A stretch of DNA of 64,000 bases, the filler included, from Perkinsus olseni (Eukaryota): NCBI GenBank assembly GCA_013115125.1. It is 20 parts of 20 records of this genome, joined end to end, with 100 filler letters (N's around TTAATTAATTAA, not from the genome) between each part and the next. Parts side by side here need not be neighbours in the genome. Positions count along the whole stretch, not along the records: positions 1 to 3,192 come from JABANN010001443.1; positions 3,293 to 6,478 come from JABANN010001444.1; positions 6,579 to 9,761 come from JABANN010001445.1; positions 9,862 to 13,043 come from JABANN010001446.1; 16 more parts are not named here. One strand, given 5' to 3'. The notes beneath the pieces were generated by a model that made no database searches, was not told the DNA's origin, and worked only from the letters and a program-made list of their open reading frames with translations. A program made the translations under genes and the position numbers. Each line of letters starts with the position of its first letter. Positions within the stretch are counted from its first letter, which is position 1. Below, in pieces: positions 1 through 11,834 of this stretch.

Positions 1-2
1 CC

Positions 3-329
3 ACAACTCCGACTCCTACTACTGCCACTCCTACCACCCAGGCGGCTACCACTCAGGCCGCGACAACCGCGGCCCCTACCACTCAGGCTGCCACGACTGC
101 GGCTCCTACTACCCAGCCTGCAACAACTGCGGCTGCGACCACTCAGGCTGTGACCACCCAGGCTGTCACGACTGCGGCTGTTACGACTCAGGCGACCACG
201 ACTGCGGCTCCTACTACCCAGGGTGCCACGACTGCGGCTCCTACAACCCAGGCTGCCACGACTGCGGCTCCTACTACCCAGGCTGCCACTACGGCGACTC
301 CTACTCAGGCTGGTCCTACTCCCCCTTAG
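3..329 (+). CDS. 3' end of a Thr/Ala/Pro-rich mucin-like protein built from ~10-aa (30-bp) TTQAATTAAP repeats
   Basis: Frame from nt 3 reads TTPTPTTATPTTQAATTQAATTAAPTTQAATTAAP... to TAG at 327-329. 5' part lies outside the window. Confidence 0.8.
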   Translation, partial: TTPTPTTATPTTQAATTQAATTAAPTTQAATTAAPTTQPATTAAATTQAVTTQAVTTAAVTTQATTTAAPTTQGATTAAPTTQAATTAAPTTQAATTATPTQAGPTPP

Positions 330-906
330 ATCCTCACGATCTCAGGCGGGCGAGGCGGCCGCCTACACTCAGAGTATTTCAGTAATATAAAAACTGATTC
401 GGGTTATTCTACGATGCGCTCTGTTGATCTCAGAGCCATCGTGGATGAGGTTTTGCTCCGGTCGTTCATGATCTCTGTCATTCACACTCGCTAAGTATAT
501 CTCGCATTCACTAGCTGGCTCAGCATTCATCATACGTGTTTCTTAGCATGTAGACGCTCACGGATTATCGGATAGCTCGAGTGAAGGAAACCACCGATAC
601 TTTCAAGTTGATTTGAGTTTTGAGTACATGTTGAGGGGATGGGATGACTCTATTGCGCACTGTACCTTCTGGTATGACACTACCGCACTGTGGTGTTTGG
701 GCCAGTGGATGCTCACAGGCACACTGTAAATTGCATTTACCAGTGATTGTCTCGCACAAAAGTCTCACTAAAAGGCGTGACTCGAACAAAGCGCTTCAGT
801 TTTCTCCGGTTCCGTTTGGGGCATGTTTCATCAAGCGAGTACAAGTTCGTCGCGGGTTTTTTTGTGTCGGGCGCTAGCCTTCAGCGGTTCCAGTTGGCAG
901 CAATCG

Positions 907-2280
907 ATGCTTGGCTACGGCATCCGTGCCAGCACTCAAGTCGAACTCGTAGAGCAGTTGAAACAAAGAGGCTTCATCCGGAACCCGAAGGTTTCTGAAG
1001 CTATGAGCCAAGTAGGCTTGAGTATTCCGCGCATGTTCTCATCAGTGGACGAAAGAAGGGCTCAGGAATTCACCCGTTACCCTGTTCGCTCCGGTGGATC
1101 TGTATACCGTTTTACTGTATATTGATGAAAAAATATAAATGTCGCCGAGGGTTTATTCTCCAGGTTGACCGGGCTCGCTTCTTACCACATGGAGCAACGG
1201 AGCTGTACGGCAACACTCCAGTGAAAGTGTCGGAAGGCTCATCTATAAGTACCCCGCAATTGCATGCACAGGTATGTGGATGAGACGTGAATCATGTGAG
1301 AATCACATTGTAAAATTAGTCAGTCGCTAATAGTGCTCGTGGGCAGGTCCTCGAGCTCCTCTCTCCAGCTCTGGACAGTGATCCAGCACCGAGGTCATTC
1401 CTAGACCTTGGCTGCGGCACTGGTTATCTCGCTAGTGTAGCAGCAGAGATGGGAATAGACCGAGTCATTGCCTCCGAGTGCGACACTACAGCTCACGAAG
1501 CTGCGCAAGATAACCTGGCCGGGTGAGGACGATTGGAAGTTTTCCCTTCTCTTTGAAATATCGAGCCCTCCTGTGTCTTGGGTAGGTACGGCGCCGTCCG
1601 TTTGTTGAGATTGTTCCCTCAAGACTCATACTCTACTGCGAAATTTACTGCGCTTTACGCTTCGCCTTACTTCCCGTCGGAAGAAGAAGTAAGATTATTT
1701 GCATCGGCCTATCTCGAGTCAAGTAGCTGGAACCTTCGATTCACACTAGGCGGTACACCTCAGGCGTTAAAGTTTTGTTCACAATGGCTGCATGATGGAG
1801 GCCTAGCTGTATGCTCCTATTGTGACTGCCCGGATGCCATAGATCAACAGCTCACTCTTATTCGAAAGAAAGCTGACGGGTGAGTATCTTTCATTTAGCT
1901 TCCAAGGCGCTGTGTTTGATGGCCTTCTTGTTTGCGCTTCGTCAAGCTCACTTCGCAGTGATCACAATCACTAAGTTCTCGTGCGGTGTAGCTCCATGGA
2001 GATCACACCTCAATTCCGAGCAGCTGGAGGCCCACTGAAGCGGGAGGGGTCAGACGAGAGTTCCCGACAAGCCGCAAGTACCGACGCAGAGACGAGGGAG
2101 CTGAGTAGGCGGTAGGTTCGCCTTCTTCTTTTGCCTCTTCCGCTACAGCTGCATTTCAGGCTGCTACTTGGCTGGCGCGAGAGGTTTGAGACCAAGTATG
2201 GTCGGAGGCCCACTCGGGCTGACATGTTCGGAGATCCGGCCGCGGCAGAAGCATTCCGGCAGTTCTCAGGGGCGAACTGA
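907..2280 (+). CDS. Protein-L-isoaspartate O-methyltransferase-like protein, multi-exon
   Basis: Spliced GT-AG exons give ELVEQLKQRGFIRNPKVSEAMSQ|VDRARFLP...ISTPQLHAQ|VLELL...FLDLGCGTGYLAS (SAM motif I), the usual PIMT layout. 3' exon boundaries are less certain. Confidence 0.8.
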
Positions 2281-3068
2281 ATTTTCTTGGCACTGTTCCA
2301 GCTCACGGTCGGCCGTTGTGTTACCGAGTCAGGGACGTTTCATCAGTGCAACTGCTCGCATGTGTGCTGCAGCTGAGCTCAGTAACGAATGTTCTGCGAC
2401 CCCCGTTAGGGCACCCTCGCAGTGGTGGCGCAGATCCATGATATGAGGTTGTTCAATCAACAGCCAATTGCAAGTTCATCTACTAGCTTCGCTACATGAT
2501 CTGCGAACCAGGCATCGAAACTGAATCCCTTCTACATTATTGCATCGCGAAATACATGTGCATGGCAGAGCACGGCACCCCCAGGAGTTCAACAAGGTTA
2601 GTTGCCCCCACTGGAGGCGACGAATCTACTGATTCGCCAGTAACAGGATCCCGCTCCAATCCCACTGGTCCCACAGTGGGACTCCCACTATTGGGATTTA
2701 GCTAATTTGGTCTGTCCATCATTAAATTGCTCTGAGGTTTTACAAGGTAGGTCTGGAAATGGTGTAGTTGACTCTCCACCAAGCCGATTACTTAGGCTAA
2801 CACTTCTCTCAAACAATCGATCAGCTCAAATTCGGGCCCCGCACAAAAAGATACGAGAATCTTCCCGTTTCGGCAGAACTGATCATGCGTTTTCATGTCG
2901 AACCACAATGCAAATTCCTGGTGCCTCGATGTGTAAGAGGCAATGCTGGCAGGAGACCTGATCGGAGCACTGCATAGGTGTTTAGTGTGTAAATGATGGT
3001 GCCGCCTTAGTAAAAAACATAGTCAGAGTCCGTTCGATGTGTTAGTATCTTTCCAGTTCGTAATCTCC

Positions 3069-3192
3069 ATGTTAGTCGTCTTCGTCACTTGCGCTCTCTC
3101 CCAAGTAGCATTCGGGAGTCTTCGCCGTCTCCAAGTCAGCACAACTACGTCAGCCCCAACGACCTCGGCTGCAACCAGTACGGTCGACGCTG
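3069..3192 (+). CDS. 5' end of a secreted Thr/Ser-rich mucin-like protein, cut by contig end
   Basis: MLVVFVTCALSQVAFG (signal-like) followed by SLRRLQVSTTTSAPTTSAATST. Confidence 0.55.
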
Positions 3193-3292
3193 NNNNNNNN
3201 NNNNNNNNNNNNNNNNNNNNNNNNNNNNNNNNNNNNTTAATTAATTAANNNNNNNNNNNNNNNNNNNNNNNNNNNNNNNNNNNNNNNNNNNN
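3193..3292. other. Artificial contig linker (N run, TTAATTAATTAA, N run), first of 19
   Basis: The same 100-nt six-frame-stop spacer also starts at 6479, 9762, 13044, 16326, 19606, 22876, 26142, 29383, 32619, 35830, 39030, 42227, 45382, 48523, 51658, 54791, 57915 and 60998. Contig lengths decrease monotonically. Confidence 0.98.
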
Positions 3293-3609
3293 GGTTGATG
3301 AGGTACCTCCGTCACGGGGTAGGGGCTGAGGCTGGGTCTTGGGAAATCGCCAGGTCCTGGATGCGTGGATGTTGTACCGGCATCGAAGGTTCAAACAACA
3401 CCATCACTTCTTCAAGGTCCTGCAGAGGCTCGTGGAGGTAGTCGGGCCACTGATCTCTCCTGGCCTGATATGCCGGGGTGCTCTCAGGTGCAGGGCAGCA
3501 ATGGGCACGTAAATCCGAGTGACTGGAGGTTGGCATTCATCACTAAGAAAGTGAGGAGCTCCTTGGGTCGGCTTCGTTTCATTTTGCTCGTTACTGCAGT
3601 TACGCGGTA

Positions 3610-5932
3610 GGATGCAGCAGATCATCAACACCCCTAGACTGGCCCGGCTGTACTCGCGGCTTGGGTCTGGTGATGGGATGTGGTTCATGGTGGAGAAGTG
3701 CACTCGCTTCCTATCGCGGGAGTACATGCTTGCGAGGTGAGAGCGTCGACGACTCGACCATCCACGTTGGACGTAGGTACAAACCCTATCAGTTGGTTTG
3801 GATCGCGGATGCCTGGGGGACTTGCCGCCTGCGGGACACCTTTCTTTTCGGAAGGCTAGCACGGTATGGCAGGGCCGGCCAGCTCAGTGGCAGCGAAGTG
3901 GCAGATACCTGGGCCGAGTGGTTCCTCAACTCACCTCTGACCAGCTCATAACGGTCATGCACGCGTACGGCAAGTGTGAGATCACCCACACAGTTCTCGT
4001 CGGGAGAATTCTCAGCGAAGGCCTCAAACGGAAGCTCTCAGTATCACCTCCGTTTGTTGCTTGTGTTCCCTTCCTTACCAGCTTGTGTCAGGTACAGCAG
4101 TACGCTGAGGTAGCGATGGCATTGGCCCTTTTGCGAGTGCAGGATTATACTGCTCTAGAGATGGCTGCGCATGCTGCTGTGAATGCGATCAACGCAGGCG
4201 TCGGGTGCGTCCTCTGCTGTCTCGTCGTGGAGTACCTCGCTCGGCGGCACAGGTACAGTACGGAAGATTTGGTGAGGATAGCGGAGGCTCACTCGAGACT
4301 GAAGGTTAATGACACTAAACTCCTTCAAAATGTGGGCGCCCCAGCTCTGTCTGGTGATGGCCCTGTTGGAGCTCTTCGTGCAGTTGCTGGTGCATGCGCG
4401 TGACCACGGCTATGATTGGTCTCCGCTGAACCTGGCCAGATTAGGGCAGTGCGCGGCTCCTATCGTGGCTAGTGATAAGAAGGCGTACGTGTGAAGGCAA
4501 GCCGGTAGTGAGCCCAGTCATGGTATCAGCTTCGTGGCGATGCTTGAGGATCTCATCACGTACGTTCCGGTCATGGCGTCCCTGGAGGAAATCACGGCGG
4601 CGGCAGACTTCGCATACTTGCATCGCCAGTGAGTGGGCAGGAAGCGTCAAGATTTCTACTGGTTGCGGAATCTTGGAAGGCTTATCGCGATATGCTGCGT
4701 CCTTCATCCTTCCTCAAGCCAGGTGTCGACCGTTATGAGTTTGGAATTCCGAGATACGAAAGTGCAAAAGCATTTGAATGTCTTGACTGGTACAATGTTC
4801 CGTAGGAGATACTCAGCCAACACGCTCCTCTCGCTGGAACGCTATTTTCGTATTCCTGGAGGAGCCATAGAGTATGCTGTTACATACCATCTTTTTGGGA
4901 AATCGTAGGCGGTAGTACAGTCTGTTCCTCGAGGTACCATCCTCAGTCGAGTGACGGTAACAAGCTGAGTGCTGACCTTGTGGAGAAGTTGGCAGCGAGG
5001 ATACCCGAGCTGAAGAATCAAGCGTCCTCAAAGTCATCTGACCNNNNNNNNNNNNNNNNNNNNNNNNNNNNNNNNNNNNNNNNNNNNNNNNNNNNNNNNN
5101 NNNNNNNNNNNNNNNNNNNNNNNNNNNNNNNNNNNNNNNNCCCGCACACACTGATTTAGCGCCAGACGGTCCCTGTAGATTCAACATCGCCCACCTCACC
5201 CGGTGTCTTATGCGATTTGGAGAGTTTGATCCGGAGGTCTGGTTCGCCATCCTCAAGCAGTCCTATAAAGCCTCTGAGTGGTGTGACTCGAAGGAGCTGG
5301 TGAGAATCAGGGCTCGTGATTCGCTGCGGGTGCGGTGCCATATGACAGAAAGGGTTACAGTCGTCGTCGGCTCGGGAAGTGATGCCTCGAGCGACGTAGT
5401 AGTTGTATGGTTGTTGAGAGGAGGAGTAGTTGCTTTTCTCTGGGCGGACGGCTGGTTTTTTTCGGGACGGTCGTGCATGTGCGCCCCCTCCCCTGAATTT
5501 TTCGTATGTTCAGCTCGTCATGCTAGAGGGTCGTCGTCTGCTCTCAGCTTTCCCTCTCCTACTGTCTATCCCGATTGAAGCCATCCCTCGCCAAGGAGTT
5601 ACCAATGAGGACGGTGGCTATGGCCCAGGCCGAGTGGGCTCTCAAGCGGAAGGAAGAGTTCGCACCGTGAGCACTCCTTTGTGGAGGCTGTTCGGCGTCT
5701 CTCGTTCAACTCGTGTCTGCGCGAACTATTGAATCGGTAGCCCCTCCCTCAGCTCCAGCAGCGTTCGGTGTTTATCAGGTATGAGTGGGACCGGATGAAG
5801 GCTTGGTTGAGGTCCACCAATGGTTACCATTGTGGGCGAAGATACGCCGTGCAGATGTCGCAGTACAGGAAGCTAACCAGAGGCCCCGAGCTCCGCCTCA
5901 GTGCAGCGTGACATGATGCCCTATGACGATTG
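3610..5932 (+). CDS. Intron-rich helical-repeat protein (FASTK/RAP/HPR-like); boundaries approximate
   Basis: Repeating helical units: YKPYQLVWIADAWGTCRLRDTFLFGRLA, LTSDQLITVMHAYGKCEITHTVLVGRI, YAEVAMALALLRVQD, YSTEDLVRIAEAHSRLKVNDTKLLQN, WSPLNLARL, separated by short GT-AG introns. Confidence 0.55.
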
Positions 5933-6578
5933 ACTTTCCATATTATGGAGTGTTTCGGAGAAAGAGAGTATCGTGTCTGTTAATCATAAGCGTGCTTCTA
6001 GTGTAACATTCCAACGTACCAATGTAACATTCCAATGTATATCGTGACGCTCCTCATATCGTGAGCGCTTGGTGACGAACCCCTTAGGAAAACTACCTGG
6101 GTTGACGGGAATTGCACACACACTTAGGTTTCTAGCAACTCAAGATCTCTCCTTGAAACCTTGTGTTCTAGGGCACTCCTGCCCAGCCAACGTTTGAAAA
6201 TATTCGAGAAACACCCTCTAGGCTCTCTCAAGGAATCAGCATCGAGGCCACCGTTGTATATAAGGCATTCAATGTTGCTTGAGATTTTGTAGGGATCCCT
6301 TGATCATAGTGCCTGACATTACCACTTGCCACTCGCAATGGTCGGACACCTGTCGAACATACAAGCATACAAGTCCTGAAGCTACATCATCAGGTGAGGT
6401 GGCCCATCCAGACTGACTGAGCAAACCTCGCTGAGCTGTGGAAGGGAGGCACTTCCCAGTCTAGAGAGTCTAGATGGCNNNNNNNNNNNNNNNNNNNNNN
6501 NNNNNNNNNNNNNNNNNNNNNNTTAATTAATTAANNNNNNNNNNNNNNNNNNNNNNNNNNNNNNNNNNNNNNNNNNNN

Positions 6579-6630
6579 CTCGGGGCCTTCTGCATGCAAA
6601 GCAGACGTGATACCACTACACCACACGCCC
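6579..6630 (-). tRNA. tRNA-Ala(TGC), 3' part cut by contig edge
   Basis: Reverse complement GGGCGTG TG GTGT AGTGGTAT CAC G TCTGC TT-TGC-AT GCAGA AGGCC CCGAG...; close paralog of the adjacent full tRNA. Confidence 0.85.
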
Positions 6631-6699
6631 GATGAAGGTGGGCTCCTTTCTCGTCTCCGAGGAAATTACTCATTAACACATTGTAGTTGTTGAACATCA

Positions 6700-6771
6700 T
6701 GGACGTACCGAGAATTGAACTCGAGGCCTTCTGCGTGCGAAGCAGACGTGATACCTCCACACTACACGCCC
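6700..6771 (-). tRNA. tRNA-Ala(CGC)
   Basis: 72-nt cloverleaf GGGCGTG...TCTGC TT-CGC-AC GCAGA...TCGAG TTCAATT CTCGG TACGTCC A, with the G3:U70 Ala identity pair. Confidence 0.9.
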
Positions 6772-7017
6772 GGTGAAGGTAAGGTCCTTTGTCCTCTTCC
6801 GGGAAACTACTCAACAGCATGTTCTTCTCTATGGTCAAACGGAGTAGTTTCAGGCGCCACTTGAGTTTTAGGATTGGGTTACGAGGCAAAAAGCTCTATT
6901 CCAGAAACCCGTTGTGCGATCAACATCCTTGGTCAGCGGTGTAGCAAACAGCAGACGGGCTTCAGTTCGTGAACGGGTACGATTGTTCTCAGTGTTATTC
7001 TGTGCAATTTTTCAAGC

Positions 7018-7543
7018 ATGCGAGGCACGTCACCCAGCCCGCAGGATCGAGGACCCCCTCTGGAGATATCAGCTGCCATTGATCCTTACGCCGCCTTGTC
7101 AGGCAGAGAGATATTGCAAGGTGACAACTCGGGCGTCCTTAGATTGCCAAGAGTCTCGGCGCGAGGTGTCTGCAACAATCTTGACGCTAATTTGTCATTG
7201 GTCTATTGCTCCTCAGACCAGGACAGAGTAATTGCTGAGCAAGACGAGCAGTTGGCCGAGCTTGAGGGTACCGTTCACAGCTTGAATGATATGTCTAATG
7301 CCATGTCCGAAGAGGTGTGTCGACTCCTCCACGTGTTGCCAATAGATGCTCGCGATGCAGATATCCCTTCATAACGATATGTTGGATGGCCTTAACGCCC
7401 GAGCTTCAAATGTGCAGGGCTCTGTTACGCACAATCGGAGGCGCCTATCGGAGGTTCTGACTCGGCATAATAATTGCGGGTTGTGGTGTCTAATAATATT
7501 GCTCGTAGTGACCTTAGTATCTTTGCTCACCATCACCAAGTGA
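7018..7543 (+). CDS. Qc-type SNARE (syntaxin-6/8-like), 3 exons (7018-7120, 7217-7314, 7361-7543)
   Basis: SNARE motif IAEQDEQLAELEGTVHSLNDMSNAMSEE|ISLHNDMLDGL followed by a C-terminal TM anchor CGLWCLIILLVVTLVSLLTI. Confidence 0.88.
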
Positions 7544-7601
7544 AGTATCTTTATGGCGTGTGTGAAATGTTTCGTTCATGTTAATAATGCGTTAACTATC
7601 G

Positions 7602-9202
7602 TCAGCTAGCGATGATAGATGAGATCGGATCATCCGGCCATTCCGGCCTTGTGAATCCTAAGGGTCCATTCGGCCGAAGGTGCACTTTCACGTTGGCTTT
7701 CGCCTGGTTGTAACGCAACCATAACGCAGCTGCCTGATATTCACGCGTAGAAACAACCATAAACTCGTACAGGTGGTCGTCATCACCATCATCAGAAGCA
7801 AAATTCCATCTCCTCGGGTCTTGAAACATCGACACTACTTTGTCGGTGGCATGTACGCACTGGTGAACAGATGTCTTGCCTTGCGAAGCGGATTAGGCTT
7901 GTTGTCAACGCGCTCGATGTAATCGCCGTAGCTCGAGGGGTCCATGAACTGATGAATCATCAAAGAGACGTTGAACGAACTAATCCAGCAACGAAACATT
8001 ACCTGATATGCGCCAGCAGGCTGCTCCTCTTCTGGAGTAGGGAAGAGCTGAGTGTCGGGATTATCACTGCCGTAGGGGATCATACCGAACCTCCCTGAAA
8101 AAAGTAGCCGCGTGGCTCGACTAGAAACATCTCAATGATTGAGACTCTATAACACCAAAAGACACTCTAACCCTATGACGCATAAGCAGCCAATAGCTGC
8201 ATAGTTGAGCCCTATTACACTGAACTTTGTTGGGTACGCCCTCTAGCGGAAGAGCGTCCTCCTCGTCAACCTTCAAAGCCTCGCATCTGAAACATTCAAG
8301 ATCAAGGCATTGCTTAGCGGTATGGGTTCATTCGACGGAAGAAGGGCCATATTATAAGACGGTCCTCGGACCAGACAGTACAGCTTGCCAAAACTCCTCG
8401 CCTCAGTTGCCTCAGAGATCGCCTTGTCCCACAAATCATTCAGCCTGTTGCATGTATCACTGTACTCCTTTTCCTACAATATAAAGCATGAGTATGAGTA
8501 TGCACGGCGCTAGACAACGATGACATGATCCGAGCCGCGGGAGATCACTAACCTTCTTCGCCTGTGCTTGTTGCTTGGTGTCCCAGAAACCCTTATCCGC
8601 CAACTCATTGGCCTGGGCGTAAGAATGCATCTTATCCAGATAGAACCTAAGCACACATCGAACCGTAGATCACCACCTCTGTTCAAGCGAACCCTGAACG
8701 CAGCTCAGAGTGATTGCCGCGACATCACCAGCGAAGAATCGGAGGACTATAGTACCAGTTGTTGTTCATATCCCCGTAAGTGTATCTTAGTGTTAGCGAG
8801 TAGGCCATCCATAAGCCGAAGACCGCCACCACTTTCTGGAGATCGTACAAATCATTCTATGAGCCACGAGTGATCGCATTACATGCAAAAAACCAGGGCA
8901 GTTATACTGCACAAACTGGCCCAGAGGCCGCGTCACATACTGAGCTGATTCCTTCACCACTCCGTACATGGATTTACCTGAACGAGCTTACATGTGAGAG
9001 CACGCGGAAAGGCACAACTATCGTCCATACCGATATTTTCCATGGCCGGTCTTCTGGCTCTAAGCCACATAGTGGCGGGAACGTAATTCCAGTGAGCGCC
9101 AAAATAATGCTTGTCCGGGATAGAGGGCTGATAGCAATACTTCAGATAGTCCTGAGCAGAGAAGGTATCCGTACAAAATCGGTAGCAGCCGAGGCGCTAT
9201 CA
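7602..9202 (-). CDS. Multi-exon hypothetical protein, possibly secreted; exon structure uncertain
   Basis: Chain of minus-strand coding-like segments (7602-7835, 7835-8083, 8457-8654) and a signal-like start MIAPRLLPILYGYLLCSGLS near 9202. Confidence 0.4.
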
Positions 9203-10079
9203 TAGCATCCGATAACAAGAGGAGCGTCGGACGCAGCTACGCAGAATCTTTCGCGGATGCACCACGGGAGCGACGGTGATATGAACTTTTCAGACAGTCT
9301 GAATCCGACTGTGCCGAAAGATTCAGTTGGCCAGAGGGGACGGAACTAACTTCCCATGTGGCGCACAGAATCCTATCTAACGCTACCAGCAGCACCGTTT
9401 CATTTCTAATAGTTTATTATATCTTCCACAACAGATACGAGTTAGGACGTCCGACGACGCTGAGCAGTGCATCAGCTAGAATCCCGCCTACCTTGCTGGG
9501 AAGGGTCCATCTAGGTTTCACGTCACCAGCGCCAGATCTGGCAACTCGGCTGAACCGTAAGAGACCCCGTTGAACAGACATGGCCAATGTTACACGGAGA
9601 TCTGTGCGTATGTCGTCTAAATGACCATTGGATCAGAATCGATTAAGATGGCGTGCGCGAGTGCTCGGAGAGCATCGTGACTTGGCGTTACAATCCTTTC
9701 CCTCCACACTACTCAAGAACCCATCAACTCAATCACACATATATCATCAGTAATTGGCCCANNNNNNNNNNNNNNNNNNNNNNNNNNNNNNNNNNNNNNN
9801 NNNNNTTAATTAATTAANNNNNNNNNNNNNNNNNNNNNNNNNNNNNNNNNNNNNNNNNNNNGTGCATTCCTCGTCATGCTACGGAACATGAGTTCACATC
9901 AAGTCCCCAATAAAATCAGTTTTCCCACTCTTTGAGCCCCATCTCAAATAGCCCATCGTACTCAGTTATAGTGGAGCAGCGAGAGAGAAATTCTTTCAGA
10001 GGATACAAAATACTAGTTTTGCGAGCGAATCGTTCGGCTTTTTCAGTTAAGTCGTCAGACCGTCCCTTCGTCACTAAAA

Positions 10080-10817
10080 ATGCTGCTCGCCATTTTCGTT
10101 CAAATCCTGATGGTGTCTACGAGTACTCTCGGGGAGAAGTGTGACACTCCGTATCCGAACACGATGCCCATCATCCTCCAGAAGCCAGCTAACTGCATAG
10201 TGAATAACCCAGGGCCTCTTAACACCTGTTTTTACCTGAGGAAGAATAACACCGTGACAAACGGAGGGGTTACCTTTTTTCCGAAGACGGTGGAGCAGTC
10301 CCCGGTCAGCCTCGAGTTCTTCGTTGTCAAGGATCCCAATACTAACAAGATCTTGGATGTTGGGATATGGGGAGCAGGTTTTGCTTCGTACGACTTGGAT
10401 CTACTTATGGGTATCAAACTTACTCTAATCCACTACATACCGAGTTGCCTGAAGAAGAGCGGGTATCCTGTTCCCGGCGGAATAGAGGCTAATATATCAA
10501 GTCGCCTGACAGTTATCGTCACTTCTCCCAAATTTGGGACATTGGAGTGCGGCGCCGATAGTACTGTCAAAGCTTTCGTCGAAACGACGAAGCCGAGGAC
10601 CCAATCTGATAGAGTTGTGGATCGTATATATGTGTATTGCTTAAATTATGCTGGATACTTTTACGATCTTCATTTCGCTGTTGGATTAGCCAGAGGCAGC
10701 GACAACTTTTGGAGGTGGGGAGCTTATTTCAATTTGACGGTCGGTGGAAAAGAGAAAAATATATCATTCACTATTATGCAAAAGACCAATTTATTTCATG
10801 GTTCGGTTGACGAATGA
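10080..10817 (+). CDS. Secreted hypothetical protein, 245 aa, single exon
   Basis: Intact ORF with signal-like MLLAIFVQILMVSTSTLG and several Cys. No family recognised. Confidence 0.7.
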   Translation: MLLAIFVQILMVSTSTLGEKCDTPYPNTMPIILQKPANCIVNNPGPLNTCFYLRKNNTVTNGGVTFFPKTVEQSPVSLEFFVVKDPNTNKILDVGIWGAGFASYDLDLLMGIKLTLIHYIPSCLKKSGYPVPGGIEANISSRLTVIVTSPKFGTLECGADSTVKAFVETTKPRTQSDRVVDRIYVYCLNYAGYFYDLHFAVGLARGSDNFWRWGAYFNLTVGGKEKNISFTIMQKTNLFHGSVDE

Positions 10818-11087
10818 GCGACATTCCGAACGTATGTCTTTCGTTGTGGCCTTCACACGCCGTCTCCGTACAGGAGTTTTTAGAGTCCTTAACGACTCGT
10901 TAGTGGAGCCGTCAAGGTTCTATATGCGTGCACATCGAGTTCATCGGTCACTACGAGTTAGCTTTTCTTGTAGTCGCCTCTTTTCATTTATCGGGCGAGC
11001 CCGTATATGACATACCTCTCTCCGACCTATCGTGTTCGTCAATTGGGGACTGGTCCTAGTATCGGTACTCAGTAACGAGTATTTTAA

Positions 11088-11142
11088 TGTTGGAGGAGTC
11101 GTAGGAGCAGTAACGGTTACTGCTCCTACTACTCCTCCAACA
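11088..11142. repeat. Palindrome with 27-bp arms, 1-nt centre, one mismatch
   Basis: tgttggaggagtcgtaggagcagtaac G gttactgctcctactactcctccaaca. Confidence 0.92.
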
Positions 11143-11834
11143 CTCCACATTTGTAGCTAGCGTCCGTAAGCATCGAAATCTAGCTTGTTGAAAACCATGC
11201 CTTTATATCTTTGTTCGTGAGTCTGATTTTCTAATAGTCAAAACGAGAACTGGCGCGCTACCTTTGTTCCCGTTCACTCAATTGACTTCATTGTTATAAG
11301 TCACGGATCGTGACTCACGAGTGAAAACAACGCCACCGTAACAGGGTGGAGTACAAAATCCAAGGAAGCGCGTGCGACAAGGAGGTAAAAGCACAAGAAA
11401 AAAGTCCCGAGCTGCGGGTGACGGCAGGAACGGGAAACCCGAAACCCGACAGGGCAACCCGATCCCGGAACTGTTACCCAGGGCAACCAAAAAGCCCTAG
11501 CTATTACCGTGGGCAACAAGATCCCCGAAAGTGCTTCCTTGGATTTTGGGAATTACCCCAGCGTAACATATCCCCGAAGGGTCGTAAACGAGTTTATGGA
11601 GGATTATGCTGTTTACTCATGATTGAACTGAGGGCTGCTTCGTAATGAGCTATGAGTTGTACTAAGACATAAGGGCTCGCAATCGGTACCTGTCGCGTTT
11701 TGGAAAATGTGGTCGGATATAGAAGTTCGTGAGACATCGCGCATTCGATCAGTGGGCTTATGAGATCTGTGTGATCTGTGTCTGTGCGTACAGCTAGTCA
11801 TCGAATGGTCCTTCTTAGCGTGTCTTCACCACAG

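Noticed and set aside
6002..6478. Possible LTR (TGTAAC start, TATA-like tatataa, ...ctaca end)
   Set aside because: No second copy, TSD or convincing PBS is visible.
7602..7835. DOPA 4,5-dioxygenase-like ending (WLRYNQ...VHLRP)
   Set aside because: The similarity is too short and the expected His motifs are not evident.
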